Shown here: one piece after another, positions 55,040 through 64,000 of the stretch
Position numbering within the stretch: the first letter of the stretch is position 1
Layout of the letters: each line of letters starts with the position of its first letter
Origin: Kiritimatiellia bacterium
GTDB lineage: Bacteria; Verrucomicrobiota; Kiritimatiellia; RFP12; JBMNHG01
NCBI GenBank assembly: GCA_050950285.1
Contig: JBMNHG010000003.1
Location: forward strand, 554,337 to 618,336
Direction: 5' to 3'
DNA: 64,000 nucleotides
The notes under the pieces: model-generated
What the model saw: the letters and a program-made list of their open reading frames with translations, nothing else
Told to the model about the DNA's origin: nothing
Database searches by the model: none
Position numbers and translations under genes: made by a program

Positions 55040-55401
55040 TCCGGGAACAAACCCAACTCGTCGTCGCCGACAACTCCGGCGCCAAGGTGGCCCGTTGCTT
55101 CCGCGTTTTGGGCCAAAGCAAGGAGTTCGCCCACATTGGCGACCTGGTCAAGGTCTCCATCCGCGAGGCCATGCCGGCCAGTTCCGTGAAGAAGGGCCAG
55201 GTCTGCCTGGCCGTGATCGTGCGCACCGCGCATCCGATCAAGCGCCCCGACGGTTCGAGCGTCCGGTTCGACCAGAACGCCTGCGTGATCGTCGATCCGA
55301 AGTTGAACCCGCTCGGCAGCCGCATCTTCGGGCCTGTCGCCCGAGAGCTCCGGGACCGTAATTACATGAAGGTGGTCTCGCTGGCCCCCGAAGTGGTGTG
55401 A
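55036..55401 (+). CDS. rplN: 50S protein L14
   Basis: [14 protein letters not shown]. Confidence 0.99.
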   Translation: MIREQTQLVVADNSGAKVARCFRVLGQSKEFAHIGDLVKVSIREAMPASSVKKGQVCLAVIVRTAHPIKRPDGSSVRFDQNACVIVDPKLNPLGSRIFGPVARELRDRNYMKVVSLAPEVV

Positions 55402-55452
55402 GTGACCTGCGCGCCGCCCCGCGCGGCGCACGCAACGATTTGAAAGAAAGCC

Positions 55453-55773
55453 ATGAGCGTCGCACGCATCAAGAAAAACGACACCGTCATCGTCATCGCC
55501 GGTGAATACGCCGGGCAGACCGGAAGGGTCCTGCGCGTCGATCCCAAGGCAGGCAAGGCCTTTGTGGAAGGTATAAACATGATCAAGAAGGCCGTGCGCC
55601 GCCAGCAGGGCGACGTGCAGGGCAAGAACTTCGACGAGCGCGAGGCGCCCGTGGAACTTTCGAACCTCATGCCTTACGACCCGGATCTGAAGAGGGGCGT
55701 CCGCATCGAGCGCGTGCGCCAGGCCGGCCGCGGCGTCCGCAAGGCGAAGCGTACCGGCCGCATCATGGATTGA
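55453..55773 (+). CDS. rplX: 50S protein L24
   Basis: KOW motif, VEGIN. Confidence 0.97.
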   Translation: MSVARIKKNDTVIVIAGEYAGQTGRVLRVDPKAGKAFVEGINMIKKAVRRQQGDVQGKNFDEREAPVELSNLMPYDPDLKRGVRIERVRQAGRGVRKAKRTGRIMD

Positions 55774-55790
55774 TTGGAGTAGAGGATACC

Positions 55791-56333
55791 ATGGCCAATC
55801 TCAAGGAAACCTATAAGACGAAGGTTGCTCCTGCGCTGATGGCGAAGCTGGGGATCAAAAACCCCATGCTCGCCCCCAGGCTGGGCAAGATCGTCCTCAA
55901 CATGGGCTTCGGCATCGTCGAAAAGGACGTGCAGAAGAAGCTTTTGGAGGATCTCGCCGCCATTTCCGGCCAGCAGCCCACGCTCTGCAAAGCCCGCAAG
56001 AGCATTTCGAACTTCAAGCTCCGCGAAGGCATGGTCGTCGGCGCGAAGGTGACCCTCCGCGGCGAACGCATGTACGACTTCTTCGAGCGACTGGTCAACA
56101 ACACGCTTCCCCGCATCCGCGACTTCCAGGGTGTTCCCAACCGCGGGTTCGACGGGCGCGGGAACTACACCTTCGGCCTGAAGGAGCAGGCCATTTTCCC
56201 CGAGATCGACGCCGCCGCGATCTCGCAGGAGCAGGGCATGGACATCACGCTGTGCACGACGGCCTCCGAGGACAAAACCGCCCGTGAACTCCTCGTGCAG
56301 CTGGGCATGCCCTTCCAGGGCTCGAACAAGTAA
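55791..56333 (+). CDS. rplE: 50S protein L5
   Basis: LPRIRDFQG, FDGRGNY. Confidence 0.99.
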   Translation: MANLKETYKTKVAPALMAKLGIKNPMLAPRLGKIVLNMGFGIVEKDVQKKLLEDLAAISGQQPTLCKARKSISNFKLREGMVVGAKVTLRGERMYDFFERLVNNTLPRIRDFQGVPNRGFDGRGNYTFGLKEQAIFPEIDAAAISQEQGMDITLCTTASEDKTARELLVQLGMPFQGSNK

Positions 56334-56345
56334 GGAGACAGTGCC

Positions 56346-56531
56346 GTGGCCAAGACCTGCCTGAGAGTCAAAGCAAAGCGCGAGCCCAAATTCTCGTCTC
56401 GCCGCACCACGCGGTGCAACCGTTGCGGGCGTCCCCGTGCGTACATCCGCAAGTTCCAAGTCTGCCGAATCTGCTTCCGCGAACTGGCGCTCTCCGGCCA
56501 GATTCCGGGCGTGACCAAGGCGAGCTGGTAA
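56346..56531 (+). CDS. rpsZ: 30S protein S14, zinc-binding type Z
   Basis: 61 aa; CNRC...CRIC. Confidence 0.97.
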   Translation: MAKTCLRVKAKREPKFSSRRTTRCNRCGRPRAYIRKFQVCRICFRELALSGQIPGVTKASW

Positions 56532-56546
56532 GGAAGGATGGTTGAA

Positions 56547-56945
56547 ATGAGTTGGTCCGATCCGATCGCCGATATGCTCACGCGCATCCGCAACGCCCAG
56601 AACGCGGGCCTTGCGGACGTCGAAATGCCCGCCTCCCGCATGAAGGAGGAGATCGCGCGCATCCTGAAGGCCGAGGGCTACATCCTCGCCTATTCCACCG
56701 AGGCCGAAGGCGCCCGCCGCACGTTGCGCCTGACCCTCAAGTACGACGCCGGGGAACAGCCCGCCATCCGCGGCCTGCGCCGCGTCAGCAAGGCCGGCCT
56801 CCGCCGGTTCTGCGGCTGCCGCGAAATCCCGCGCGTCCTGGGCGGCATGGGTATTGCCGTCATCAGCACCCCCGCTGGCGTCATGACCGGCGCCGAAGCC
56901 GGCAAGAAGAGGCTTGGCGGCGAAATCATCTGTGAAATCTGGTGA
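56547..56945 (+). CDS. rpsH: 30S protein S8
   Basis: DPIADMLTRIRNA. Confidence 0.99.
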   Translation: MSWSDPIADMLTRIRNAQNAGLADVEMPASRMKEEIARILKAEGYILAYSTEAEGARRTLRLTLKYDAGEQPAIRGLRRVSKAGLRRFCGCREIPRVLGGMGIAVISTPAGVMTGAEAGKKRLGGEIICEIW

Positions 56946-56954
56946 GGTAACACG

Positions 56955-57497
56955 ATGTCCAGAATCGGCAAGCAACCCATCGACCTCCCCGCTGGCGTCA
57001 AGGTCGACATCCAAGGGGCGACCATCACCGCCACAGGGAAGAACGGCACCCTTTCGCGTACCCTTCCCGACGGCATCTCCGCCGAAATCGCCGACGGCAA
57101 GGTCACGGTCTCCCGTTCGAACGACTCCCGCGAGCAGAAGAGCCTCCATGGCCTCTCTCGCACCCTTGTGAACAACATGGTCGTCGGCGTCGACCAGGGC
57201 TACTCCAAGGATCTCGTCATCGAGGGAACCGGCTTCAAGGCCCAGGTCCAGGGGCAGAAGCTTGTCCTGTGGCTCGGCTTCGCCTCTCCGAAGGAGTTCG
57301 CCATCCCCGAAGGCCTCACCGTGAAGGTCGACGAGAAGAGCCAGACGCGCGTGACCGTCTCCGGCCCCGACAAGCAAGTCGTTGGCGATGCGGCCGCCCG
57401 CATCCGCGGCTTCTATCCGGTCGAGCCCTACAAGGGCAAGGGCATCCACTACGCCGGCGAGAAGATCCGCCGCAAGCAGGGCAAGAAGGTCGCCTGA
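56955..57497 (+). CDS. rplF: 50S protein L6
   Basis: MSRIGK, EPYKGKGI. Confidence 0.99.
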   Translation: MSRIGKQPIDLPAGVKVDIQGATITATGKNGTLSRTLPDGISAEIADGKVTVSRSNDSREQKSLHGLSRTLVNNMVVGVDQGYSKDLVIEGTGFKAQVQGQKLVLWLGFASPKEFAIPEGLTVKVDEKSQTRVTVSGPDKQVVGDAAARIRGFYPVEPYKGKGIHYAGEKIRRKQGKKVA

Positions 57498-57526
57498 TCC
57501 GCGACTTCCAAACATCGAGTTTCACC

Positions 57527-57916
57527 ATGAGTGCAAGAAATCGCATCGAACAGCGCCGGTTGCGCCACAGGCGCATCCGCCAGCGCGTGAAGGGCACCGC
57601 TGCCCGTCCGCGCATGGCCATCTATGTCTCGAACAAGCACCTTTACGTGCAGTTCATCGACGACGATGCCTCCACCACCCTCGCGGCGGCCTGCTCCGGC
57701 AAGGAGCTTCCGGGTTGCAACATCGAGGTCGCGAAGGCTGTCGGCGAGAACGCCGCCAAGGCCGCCCTGGAGAAGGGCATCCAAACGGTGGTCGTCGACC
57801 GCGGCGGATTCCTTTTCCATGGCCGCGTGAAGCAGATTGTGGATGCGGCCGTGGCCGCAGGTCTTAAGGTCTCCGCGGCCGCCAAGGCCGACGATGCGAC
57901 GGAGGAGGTCAAGTGA
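57527..57916 (+). CDS. rplR: 50S protein L18
   Basis: [18 protein letters not shown]. Confidence 0.98.
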   Translation: MSARNRIEQRRLRHRRIRQRVKGTAARPRMAIYVSNKHLYVQFIDDDASTTLAAACSGKELPGCNIEVAKAVGENAAKAALEKGIQTVVVDRGGFLFHGRVKQIVDAAVAAGLKVSAAAKADDATEEVK

Positions 57917-58422
57917 GCGCCGAACTGCAGCAGAAGAAGGGGTCGCGCTTCAGCGACGCGGCCAAGAAGGATGATTTCGACGAGCGCACGGTGTTCGTAA
58001 ACCGCTGCTCGAAGGTCGTCAAAGGCGGTCGCCGTTTCAGCTTCAGCGCCATCGTCGTGGTGGGTGACCGCGCCGGCAAGGTCGGCCTCGGCTTCGGGAA
58101 GGCCAACGAGGTGGGCGAGGCCATCCGCAAGGGCGGCGAAGCCGCACGTCGCGCCATGACCCCCATTACGCTCAAGGGCCAGACGATTCCCCATGAGGTC
58201 TCGGGCTTCTGTGACGGCGGGCACGTGCTGCTCAAACCCGCACCCGAAGGCACCGGCGTCATCGCCGGCGGCGGCATGCGCCCCGTGCTCGAGGCGGCCG
58301 GCATCAGCAACGTGGTTGGCAAGTCCCTCGGCAGCAACAATCGCCTAAATGTCGTGAAGGCGACTCTCGCCGCCCTCGCGAAACTCCGCTCTGCCGAAGA
58401 AATCGCGGCGGCCCGCGCCTAG
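57913..58422 (+). CDS. rpsE: 30S protein S5
   Basis: [11 protein letters not shown]. Confidence 0.99.
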   Translation: MSAELQQKKGSRFSDAAKKDDFDERTVFVNRCSKVVKGGRRFSFSAIVVVGDRAGKVGLGFGKANEVGEAIRKGGEAARRAMTPITLKGQTIPHEVSGFCDGGHVLLKPAPEGTGVIAGGGMRPVLEAAGISNVVGKSLGSNNRLNVVKATLAALAKLRSAEEIAAARA

Positions 58423-58485
58423 CGTCGGGCCCCCGTCGCGGCCGGGCGCCTCGCGCCCTCCGGCCGTGCGAATCGAGGTATCACC

Positions 58486-58926
58486 ATGGATCTTCATTCC
58501 CTCTCCAATGTCCCCGGCGCGCGCAGCCGCCGGAAACGCCTCGGCCGCGGCACCGGTTCCGGCCTGGGCAAGACCTCGGGCCGCGGCCACAAGGGCCAGT
58601 ATGCCCGCAAGGGCCACAAGCACAAGCTCGGCTTCGAGGGCGGCCAGATGCCGCTCGTCCGCAGGCTTCCCAAGCGCGGCTTCAAGAACCCCGCCGCCGT
58701 CGTCTACGCCCCCGTGAACGTCGCCGCCCTCAACGTCTTCGAAGACGGCGCCGAGGTCACCCGCGAAGCCCTCGTCTTGCTCGGCCTTGCCGATCGCGGC
58801 CTCGCCGGCGTCAAAATCCTCGGCAACGGCGAGATCACGAAAAAGCTCACCGTCAAGGCCCAGGCCTTCAGCGCCTCCGCCAAGGCCAAGATCGAGGCCG
58901 CCGGCGGAACGTGTGAAATCGCCTGA
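58486..58926 (+). CDS. rplO: 50S protein L15
   Basis: GFEGGQMPL. Confidence 0.99.
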   Translation: MDLHSLSNVPGARSRRKRLGRGTGSGLGKTSGRGHKGQYARKGHKHKLGFEGGQMPLVRRLPKRGFKNPAAVVYAPVNVAALNVFEDGAEVTREALVLLGLADRGLAGVKILGNGEITKKLTVKAQAFSASAKAKIEAAGGTCEIA

Positions 58927-58946
58927 TCGAAAGCAGGGGAACCACC

Positions 58947-60356
58947 ATGCTGGCAGCTTTCCGCAACACCCTTCGAATCCCGGAACTCCGGAAAAAGATC
59001 CTCTTCACCCTCGGCATGATTTTCCTCTGCCGGCTGGTGTCGATGATTCCCACCCCGGGTGTCGACCTGAACGCACTCTCCGCTTCGTTGAAGGCGCGCT
59101 CCGCCAGGGGCGGCGGGTTCGCGGACATGTTCAACCTGTTCAGCGGCGGCGCCCTCAACAGCTTCTCCATCGGCATCCTCGGCATCTGGCCATACATCAG
59201 CGCGCAGATCATCCTGCAGCTGATGACGGCCATCGTCCCCTCCCTCGGCCGCATGGTCCGGGAGGGGGAATCCGGCCGCGTGAAGTTCAACCAGATCACC
59301 CGCTACCTGGCCATGGCCATCTGCGCCATCCAAGGCTTCTTCCTCGCCCGTGCGATGCAGAACCCGAGATTCCTCTTCGGAGCGGATATCGGCAGCATCG
59401 TGCCCACCACGGGAGTGGCCGGCTTCCTCTTCCCGATCCTCGCCGTGATCTTCATCGTCACCGCCAGCCTCCTCATGATCTGGCTCGGCGAGCAAATCAC
59501 CGCCCGCGGCATCGGCAACGGCATCTCGCTGATCATCATGGTGAACATCACCAGCCGCCTGCCCCAGGCCGTCCTCGCCATGTGGCGGAAGTACTTCCTT
59601 GGACAGGAGATGGACGGCAGCCAGGCGCAGGGCGTCCACGTCGGCATCTTCGGGTTTCTCATCCTCCTGCTCCTCGGCTTCCTCGTGATCGCCGGCACCG
59701 TGATGCTCACCCAGGGCGTCCGCAAGATCCCCATCCATTCCGCCCGCCGCCAGGTCGGAGGCCGCACCTACGGCGGCCAGGCCACCTACATGCCCCTCCG
59801 CGTGAACTACTCCGGCGTCATGCCCATCATCTTCGCCGGTCCCCTCCTCCAGTTCCCCGCCGCCATCTTCAAGCGCATCCCCGAACGCATCACGTGGCTT
59901 GGCTGGCTCCGCAAGATCGGCGATCTCCTCACCCCCGTCGGCAACCAGAACCCCACCTTCTACTTGGTGTGCTTCTCGCTCCTGATCTTCTTCTTCAGCT
60001 TCTTCTGGGTGGCCACCCAGTTCAACGCCGTGCAGATTTCCGAGGATCTCAAGCGCGGGAACGCCTACATCCCGGGCATCCGCCCCGGCCGCGCCACCGC
60101 CGAGTACCTCGATGGCGTGATGACCCGCGTCACGCTCATCGGCGCCGTCGGCCTGGTGATCGTCGCCATCCTCCCGCAGATTCTCCAGGCCGCGCTGGAT
60201 GTCGACTGGGTCATCGCCTCGTTCTTCGGCGGCACCTCTTTGCTGATTATCGTAGGCGTCGCCCTGGACACCTTGCGCCAGATGGAGTCGTTCCTCCTGA
60301 TGCGCCACTACGACGGCTTCCTCAAGCACGGCCGCCTCAAGGGCCGCGGCCGATAG
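58947..60356 (+). CDS. secY: Preprotein translocase SecY
   Basis: GIGNGISL, IPGIRPG, GGTSLLI. Confidence 0.99.
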   Translation: MLAAFRNTLRIPELRKKILFTLGMIFLCRLVSMIPTPGVDLNALSASLKARSARGGGFADMFNLFSGGALNSFSIGILGIWPYISAQIILQLMTAIVPSLGRMVREGESGRVKFNQITRYLAMAICAIQGFFLARAMQNPRFLFGADIGSIVPTTGVAGFLFPILAVIFIVTASLLMIWLGEQITARGIGNGISLIIMVNITSRLPQAVLAMWRKYFLGQEMDGSQAQGVHVGIFGFLILLLLGFLVIAGTVMLTQGVRKIPIHSARRQVGGRTYGGQATYMPLRVNYSGVMPIIFAGPLLQFPAAIFKRIPERITWLGWLRKIGDLLTPVGNQNPTFYLVCFSLLIFFFSFFWVATQFNAVQISEDLKRGNAYIPGIRPGRATAEYLDGVMTRVTLIGAVGLVIVAILPQILQAALDVDWVIASFFGGTSLLIIVGVALDTLRQMESFLLMRHYDGFLKHGRLKGRGR

Positions 60357-60516
60357 TTCCACTTCGCCTCCCCGCGGAGGCGGCGGGCGTGGAGGCAGGG
60401 GCAACGACGAACCGGCATCTTCCGCCCGTCTTGCGCCCCATGCGCATCGTGCCGGAACCCCTTCCGCTCGGTTTTCTCTCTTCCGTTCTCCTCCCCAGGC
60501 CACTGCAGGACACACC

Positions 60517-61161
60517 ATGGACATCATCATCCTTCTTGGAGCTCCCGGATCGGGCAAGGGTACGGCTGCGGAACGCATCGCGCCCCGCTTGAACCTTCGC
60601 CCCGTCTCCAGCGGCGCCCTTCTCCGGGCCGCCGCCGCCGCCGGCACTGCCGCCGGGCTCGAGGCCAAGTCCTACATGGAGAGCGGCACGCTCGTGCCGG
60701 ACGCGCTCGTCGGTCGCGTAATCTGCGAACAGCTCGCCGCAGGCGGCGCCGAAACCCGCTGGCTCCTCGATGGATTCCCCCGCACCGTCGTCCAGGCCCA
60801 AATGCTCGAGGATGCCGCGAAAGCCGCCGGAGGGCGCGTCCTCAAGGCATTCCTGCTCGAAGTCCCGGAAGACGTGATCGTGAAACGCCTCGCAGGCCGC
60901 CGCGTCTGCCCCGCATGCAACGCCACGTATCACATCGAAGGGCTTCCCCCCAAGACCGAGGGCGTCTGCGACCACTGCGGCACCGGGCTCGTCATCCGCC
61001 CGGACGACAACGAAGCCACCGTCCGGAACCGCCTGTCCGTCTATGCCACCTCCACGGCCCCGCTCGCGGACTGGTACGAGGAGCGGGGCCTCCTGGTTCG
61101 CATCGACGGCATGGGTGGCGCCGCAAAGGTCGCCGACCGCCTGGTCGCCGCCCTCTCCTGA
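60517..61161 (+). CDS. adk: Adenylate kinase (Zn-finger LID)
   Basis: GAPGSGKGT, LDGFPRT, CPAC...CDHC. Confidence 0.98.
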   Translation: MDIIILLGAPGSGKGTAAERIAPRLNLRPVSSGALLRAAAAAGTAAGLEAKSYMESGTLVPDALVGRVICEQLAAGGAETRWLLDGFPRTVVQAQMLEDAAKAAGGRVLKAFLLEVPEDVIVKRLAGRRVCPACNATYHIEGLPPKTEGVCDHCGTGLVIRPDDNEATVRNRLSVYATSTAPLADWYEERGLLVRIDGMGGAAKVADRLVAALS

Positions 61162-61207
61162 TCCGCCGGAACGCCCCTTTTTTTTCAACACCCCCCCCCT
61201 TCGCCCC

Positions 61208-61957
61208 GTGAAGCCCCTGTACAAAAGCGATGCCGAGATCGAAAAGATGCGCGTGAGCGGACACATGTCCGCCCAGGTGCTTTCCGCCCTCGCCGCCGCC
61301 GTGGCTCCGGGGATGACCACGGGAGACCTCGACACGCTCGCCCGGAAGCTCATCAAAGACATCGGAGGCGTCCCGTCCTTCCTCGGCTACTTCGGCTATC
61401 CCGGCGCGCTGTGCGTCTCCCTGAACGAAGTGGTGATCCATGGCATCCCCGGCAGCCGCGTGATTCGGTCGGGCGACATCGTGAGCCTCGACATCGGCGT
61501 CCTGCACGACGGCTTCCACGGCGACAACGCCCTGACCGTGGCGGTCGGCGAAGTCGACGGCGAGTCCAGGCGCCTGCTGGATCTCACGCGGCGCGCCCTC
61601 GATGCCGGCATCGCGGCGGCGCGCCCGGGCGCCCGCCTCTCCGACGTCTCCCACGCGATCCAGACCGTGGCGGACGAAGGCAACCTCGGCATCGTGCGCG
61701 AGTACGTCGGCCACGGCATCGGCCGGAGCATGCACGAAGAACCCCAGGTGCCCAACTATGGGCCCGCCGGCAAAGGCCCCCTGCTCAAGGCGGGGTTGGT
61801 CTTCTGCATCGAGCCCATGCTCAACTTGGGCGGCGCCGCCGTGCGCGTGCTGGACGACGGCTGGACCGTCGTGACACGCGACCGCTCGCGCTCCGCCCAC
61901 TTCGAGAGAATGATCGCGATTCGCGAAGATCGCACGGAGATCCTGACCCCTTGGTAG
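61208..61957 (+). CDS. map: Methionine aminopeptidase type I
   Basis: HGIP, GHGIG, HEEP, IEPM, SAHFE; GTG start. Confidence 0.97.
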   Translation: MKPLYKSDAEIEKMRVSGHMSAQVLSALAAAVAPGMTTGDLDTLARKLIKDIGGVPSFLGYFGYPGALCVSLNEVVIHGIPGSRVIRSGDIVSLDIGVLHDGFHGDNALTVAVGEVDGESRRLLDLTRRALDAGIAAARPGARLSDVSHAIQTVADEGNLGIVREYVGHGIGRSMHEEPQVPNYGPAGKGPLLKAGLVFCIEPMLNLGGAAVRVLDDGWTVVTRDRSRSAHFERMIAIREDRTEILTPW

Positions 61958-61986
61958 GAAAACGTGTGCCACCTGAATTTTTTCGA

Positions 61987-62016
61987 TGGACGACAGTAGG
62001 CCGAATCGCGTATACT
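61987..62016 (+). promoter_or_regulatory. Putative promoter of the rpmJ-alpha operon
   Basis: TGGACG-18 nt-TATACT in an AT-richer spacer. Confidence 0.5.
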
Positions 62017-62049
62017 ACCGTTCTTTTTGCGAAACTAAGGAAAACAATC

Positions 62050-62163
62050 ATGAAGGTGCGCAGTTCGGTGCGTCGGATGTGTGAGCGTTGCAAAGTTGTG
62101 CGCCGCGCGGGTGTCGTGCGGGTGATTTGCACGAACCCTCGTCACAAGCAACGCCAAGGTTAA
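62050..62163 (+). CDS. rpmJ: 50S protein L36
   Basis: MKVRSSV...NPRHKQRQG. Confidence 0.98.
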   Translation: MKVRSSVRRMCERCKVVRRAGVVRVICTNPRHKQRQG

Positions 62164-62177
62164 GAAGGAACAAGACC

Positions 62178-62561
62178 ATGCCGAGATTGATGGGTATGGA
62201 CATTCCGGGAAAGAAGCACGTCGCGTACGCGCTCCGGTATATCCATGGTATCGGCCCCAAGCGGGCCAAAGACACTTGCGAGGCGTGCAAGGTCGACCCG
62301 GCGAAGATCGCCGACGAACTTACGCCGGAAGAGATCCGCCTGTTGACGGCCTACATCCAGGACAACTATCGCGTGGAGGGCGACCTCCGCCGCGAGGTGT
62401 CCGGGAACATCCGCCGTTTGATCAGCATCGGTTCCTACCGTGGCGCCCGCCATCGTCGCGGACTTCCCGTCCGCGGCCAGCGTACGCGTACCAATGCCCG
62501 CACCCGCAAGGGAGTGAAGCATACGGTGGGTTCGATGCGCAAGGCGGCCACCAAGAAATAG
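62178..62561 (+). CDS. rpsM: 30S protein S13
   Basis: GLPVRGQRTRTNAR. Confidence 0.99.
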   Translation: MPRLMGMDIPGKKHVAYALRYIHGIGPKRAKDTCEACKVDPAKIADELTPEEIRLLTAYIQDNYRVEGDLRREVSGNIRRLISIGSYRGARHRRGLPVRGQRTRTNARTRKGVKHTVGSMRKAATKK

Positions 62562-62636
62562 TAAAACATGGGACGGATATCCCGCATGCGCTTGCCTATG
62601 GCGTGCGGCCGTCCCCAAGCGAGGCGTTAAAAAGGC

Positions 62637-63140
62637 ATGAGCGACGAAGCGATCAAAGAAGAGGCGCGCGAAGACGCGCCTGCCGCCGCCGAACAGGCTG
62701 CGGCTCCCGCCATGAGCGAGGCGCAGGCGATTCTCGCCGAGGCCGACCCCAAGGCGGCTCCGGTGGACACGAAGAAAAAGGGCCGCGGCAGGTCGATCCC
62801 CGCGGGCATCGCCTTCATCCGCGCATCGTTCAACAACACGAAAGTCAGCATCACGGACGCCCGAGGCGGCGTGATCGCCTGGAGTTCCGGCGGCCGGGCC
62901 GGCTTCAAGGGCTCCCGCAAGAGCACGGCGTTCGCCGCCACGATGGTGGCGCAGGACGCCGCGCGCCAGGCGGTCGCCAAGGGCATGAGCGAGGCCGAAG
63001 TGCGCATCGAGGGCGCCGGCGCAGGCCGCGAGTCCGCCGTGCGCGCCATCCAGTCCGCCGGCATCCAAGTGAGTGTGATCAAGGACTGCACGCCGATCCC
63101 CCACAATGGCTGCCGTCCGCGCAAGAGGAGGAGGGTCTGA
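62637..63140 (+). CDS. rpsK: 30S protein S11 (long N-terminal extension)
   Basis: ASFNNT, TPIPHNGCRP. Confidence 0.98.
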   Translation: MSDEAIKEEAREDAPAAAEQAAAPAMSEAQAILAEADPKAAPVDTKKKGRGRSIPAGIAFIRASFNNTKVSITDARGGVIAWSSGGRAGFKGSRKSTAFAATMVAQDAARQAVAKGMSEAEVRIEGAGAGRESAVRAIQSAGIQVSVIKDCTPIPHNGCRPRKRRRV

Positions 63141-63142
63141 TC

Positions 63143-63772
63143 ATGGGCCGTTATGTTGGTCCCGTCTGCCGCCAGTGCCGCCGCGAGGGGAAGAAGTTGT
63201 TCCTCAAGGGCGCGCGTTGCTACATGGCCAAGTGCCCGATCGAGCAGGGTCGTCCCGCTCCCGGCATGCATGTGGCCCGCCGTGTCCGCAAGCTTTCCCA
63301 GTACGCCACCCAGTTGCGCGAGAAGCAGGCCCTCCGCCGCCAGTTCGGCATGCAGGAAGGCCAGTTCCATCGCTTCTTCGAGAAGGCTCTCCGCCGTCCC
63401 GGCATCACCGGCGAGGTTCTGCTCCAGATGTGCGAGACCCGCCTGGACAACGTCGTCTATCGCCTGGGCTTCGCACCCTCGCGCCGCGCCGCCCGCCAGT
63501 TCGTTCGCCACAATCACGTGGCGGTGAACGGCCGTACCACCAACATCCCCTCGATGGAGATGAAGGTCGGCGACGTGATCGAGGTCCGCGACCGTCCCCG
63601 CAGCCGCGACATCGCGACCCATGCCCTCGAGGCCGCCACGCGCCAGCAGATGCCCGAATGGCTCTCGCTCGACCGCCAGGCCTTCCGCGCCGAGGTGCTC
63701 AGCATCCCGACCCGCGAGCAGATCGCGCCGATCGTGGATGAACAGGCCATCGTGGAATTGTACTCCCGCTAG
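63143..63772 (+). CDS. rpsD: 30S protein S4
   Basis: CRQCRREG, QLREKQ, RLDNVVYR. Confidence 0.99.
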   Translation: MGRYVGPVCRQCRREGKKLFLKGARCYMAKCPIEQGRPAPGMHVARRVRKLSQYATQLREKQALRRQFGMQEGQFHRFFEKALRRPGITGEVLLQMCETRLDNVVYRLGFAPSRRAARQFVRHNHVAVNGRTTNIPSMEMKVGDVIEVRDRPRSRDIATHALEAATRQQMPEWLSLDRQAFRAEVLSIPTREQIAPIVDEQAIVELYSR

Positions 63773-63853
63773 TATCCCGCATGCGCCCGGCCCGCACTGT
63801 CGCGGGCCTCGACGCACGCATGCGCTCCCGTTTGAAAGAAGGACGATTTCGTC

Positions 63854-64000
63854 ATGCCGATTCGCCTCAGCCGTTTTGAAATGCCCAAGCGCGTCATCAA
63901 GGACGAAGCTACGGCCACGCCGACATACGCTCGCTTCGTGGCGGAGCCGTTCGAGGTGGGCTATGCCCTCACCCTCGGGAACTCCCTGCGCCGGGTGCTC
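63854..64000 (+). CDS. rpoA: RNA polymerase alpha subunit (partial)
   Basis: AEPFEVGYALTLGNSLRRVL; follows rpsD. Confidence 0.95.
   Translation, partial: MPIRLSRFEMPKRVIKDEATATPTYARFVAEPFEVGYALTLGNSLRRVL

Noticed and set aside
61173..61200. T and C homopolymer runs before map as a phase-variation switch
   Set aside because: Intergenic in a housekeeping operon, with no supporting evidence; may be a weak terminator or sequencing noise.

Overview
High-GC bacterial chromosome segment. Gene content and order suggest the PVC superphylum (Kiritimatiellota/Lentisphaerota-like; inference only). The right two thirds are mostly housekeeping: dnaK-groES-groEL, nusA-infB-rbfA-truB, a large frameshifted beta-helix surface protein, and the str/S10/spc/alpha ribosomal cluster up to rpoA. 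The accessory core (7.4-26.6 kb) is an RHS polymorphic-toxin locus. It holds one 2541-aa membrane-anchored RHS protein with a GxSxG hydrolase tip, three orphan RHS-core cassettes (DUF4056-like tip, HExxH tip, deleted tip), several low-GC lipoprotein/immunity-like genes, and an IS4-type element with 18-bp TIRs and a 9-bp TSD. The most striking observation is two related group II introns at exactly the same codon of the conserved RHS core (YDNNG|N). One is RT-encoding (19599-21530). The other is a streamlined ORF-less 697-nt derivative (25377-26073) whose putative EBS1 loop co-varies with its own 5' exon, whose branch-point A is a G, and whose 3' end is joined directly to the last codons of a deleted toxin tip. 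This points to an autonomous/non-autonomous intron pair that targets, gates and rearranges RHS toxin cassettes.
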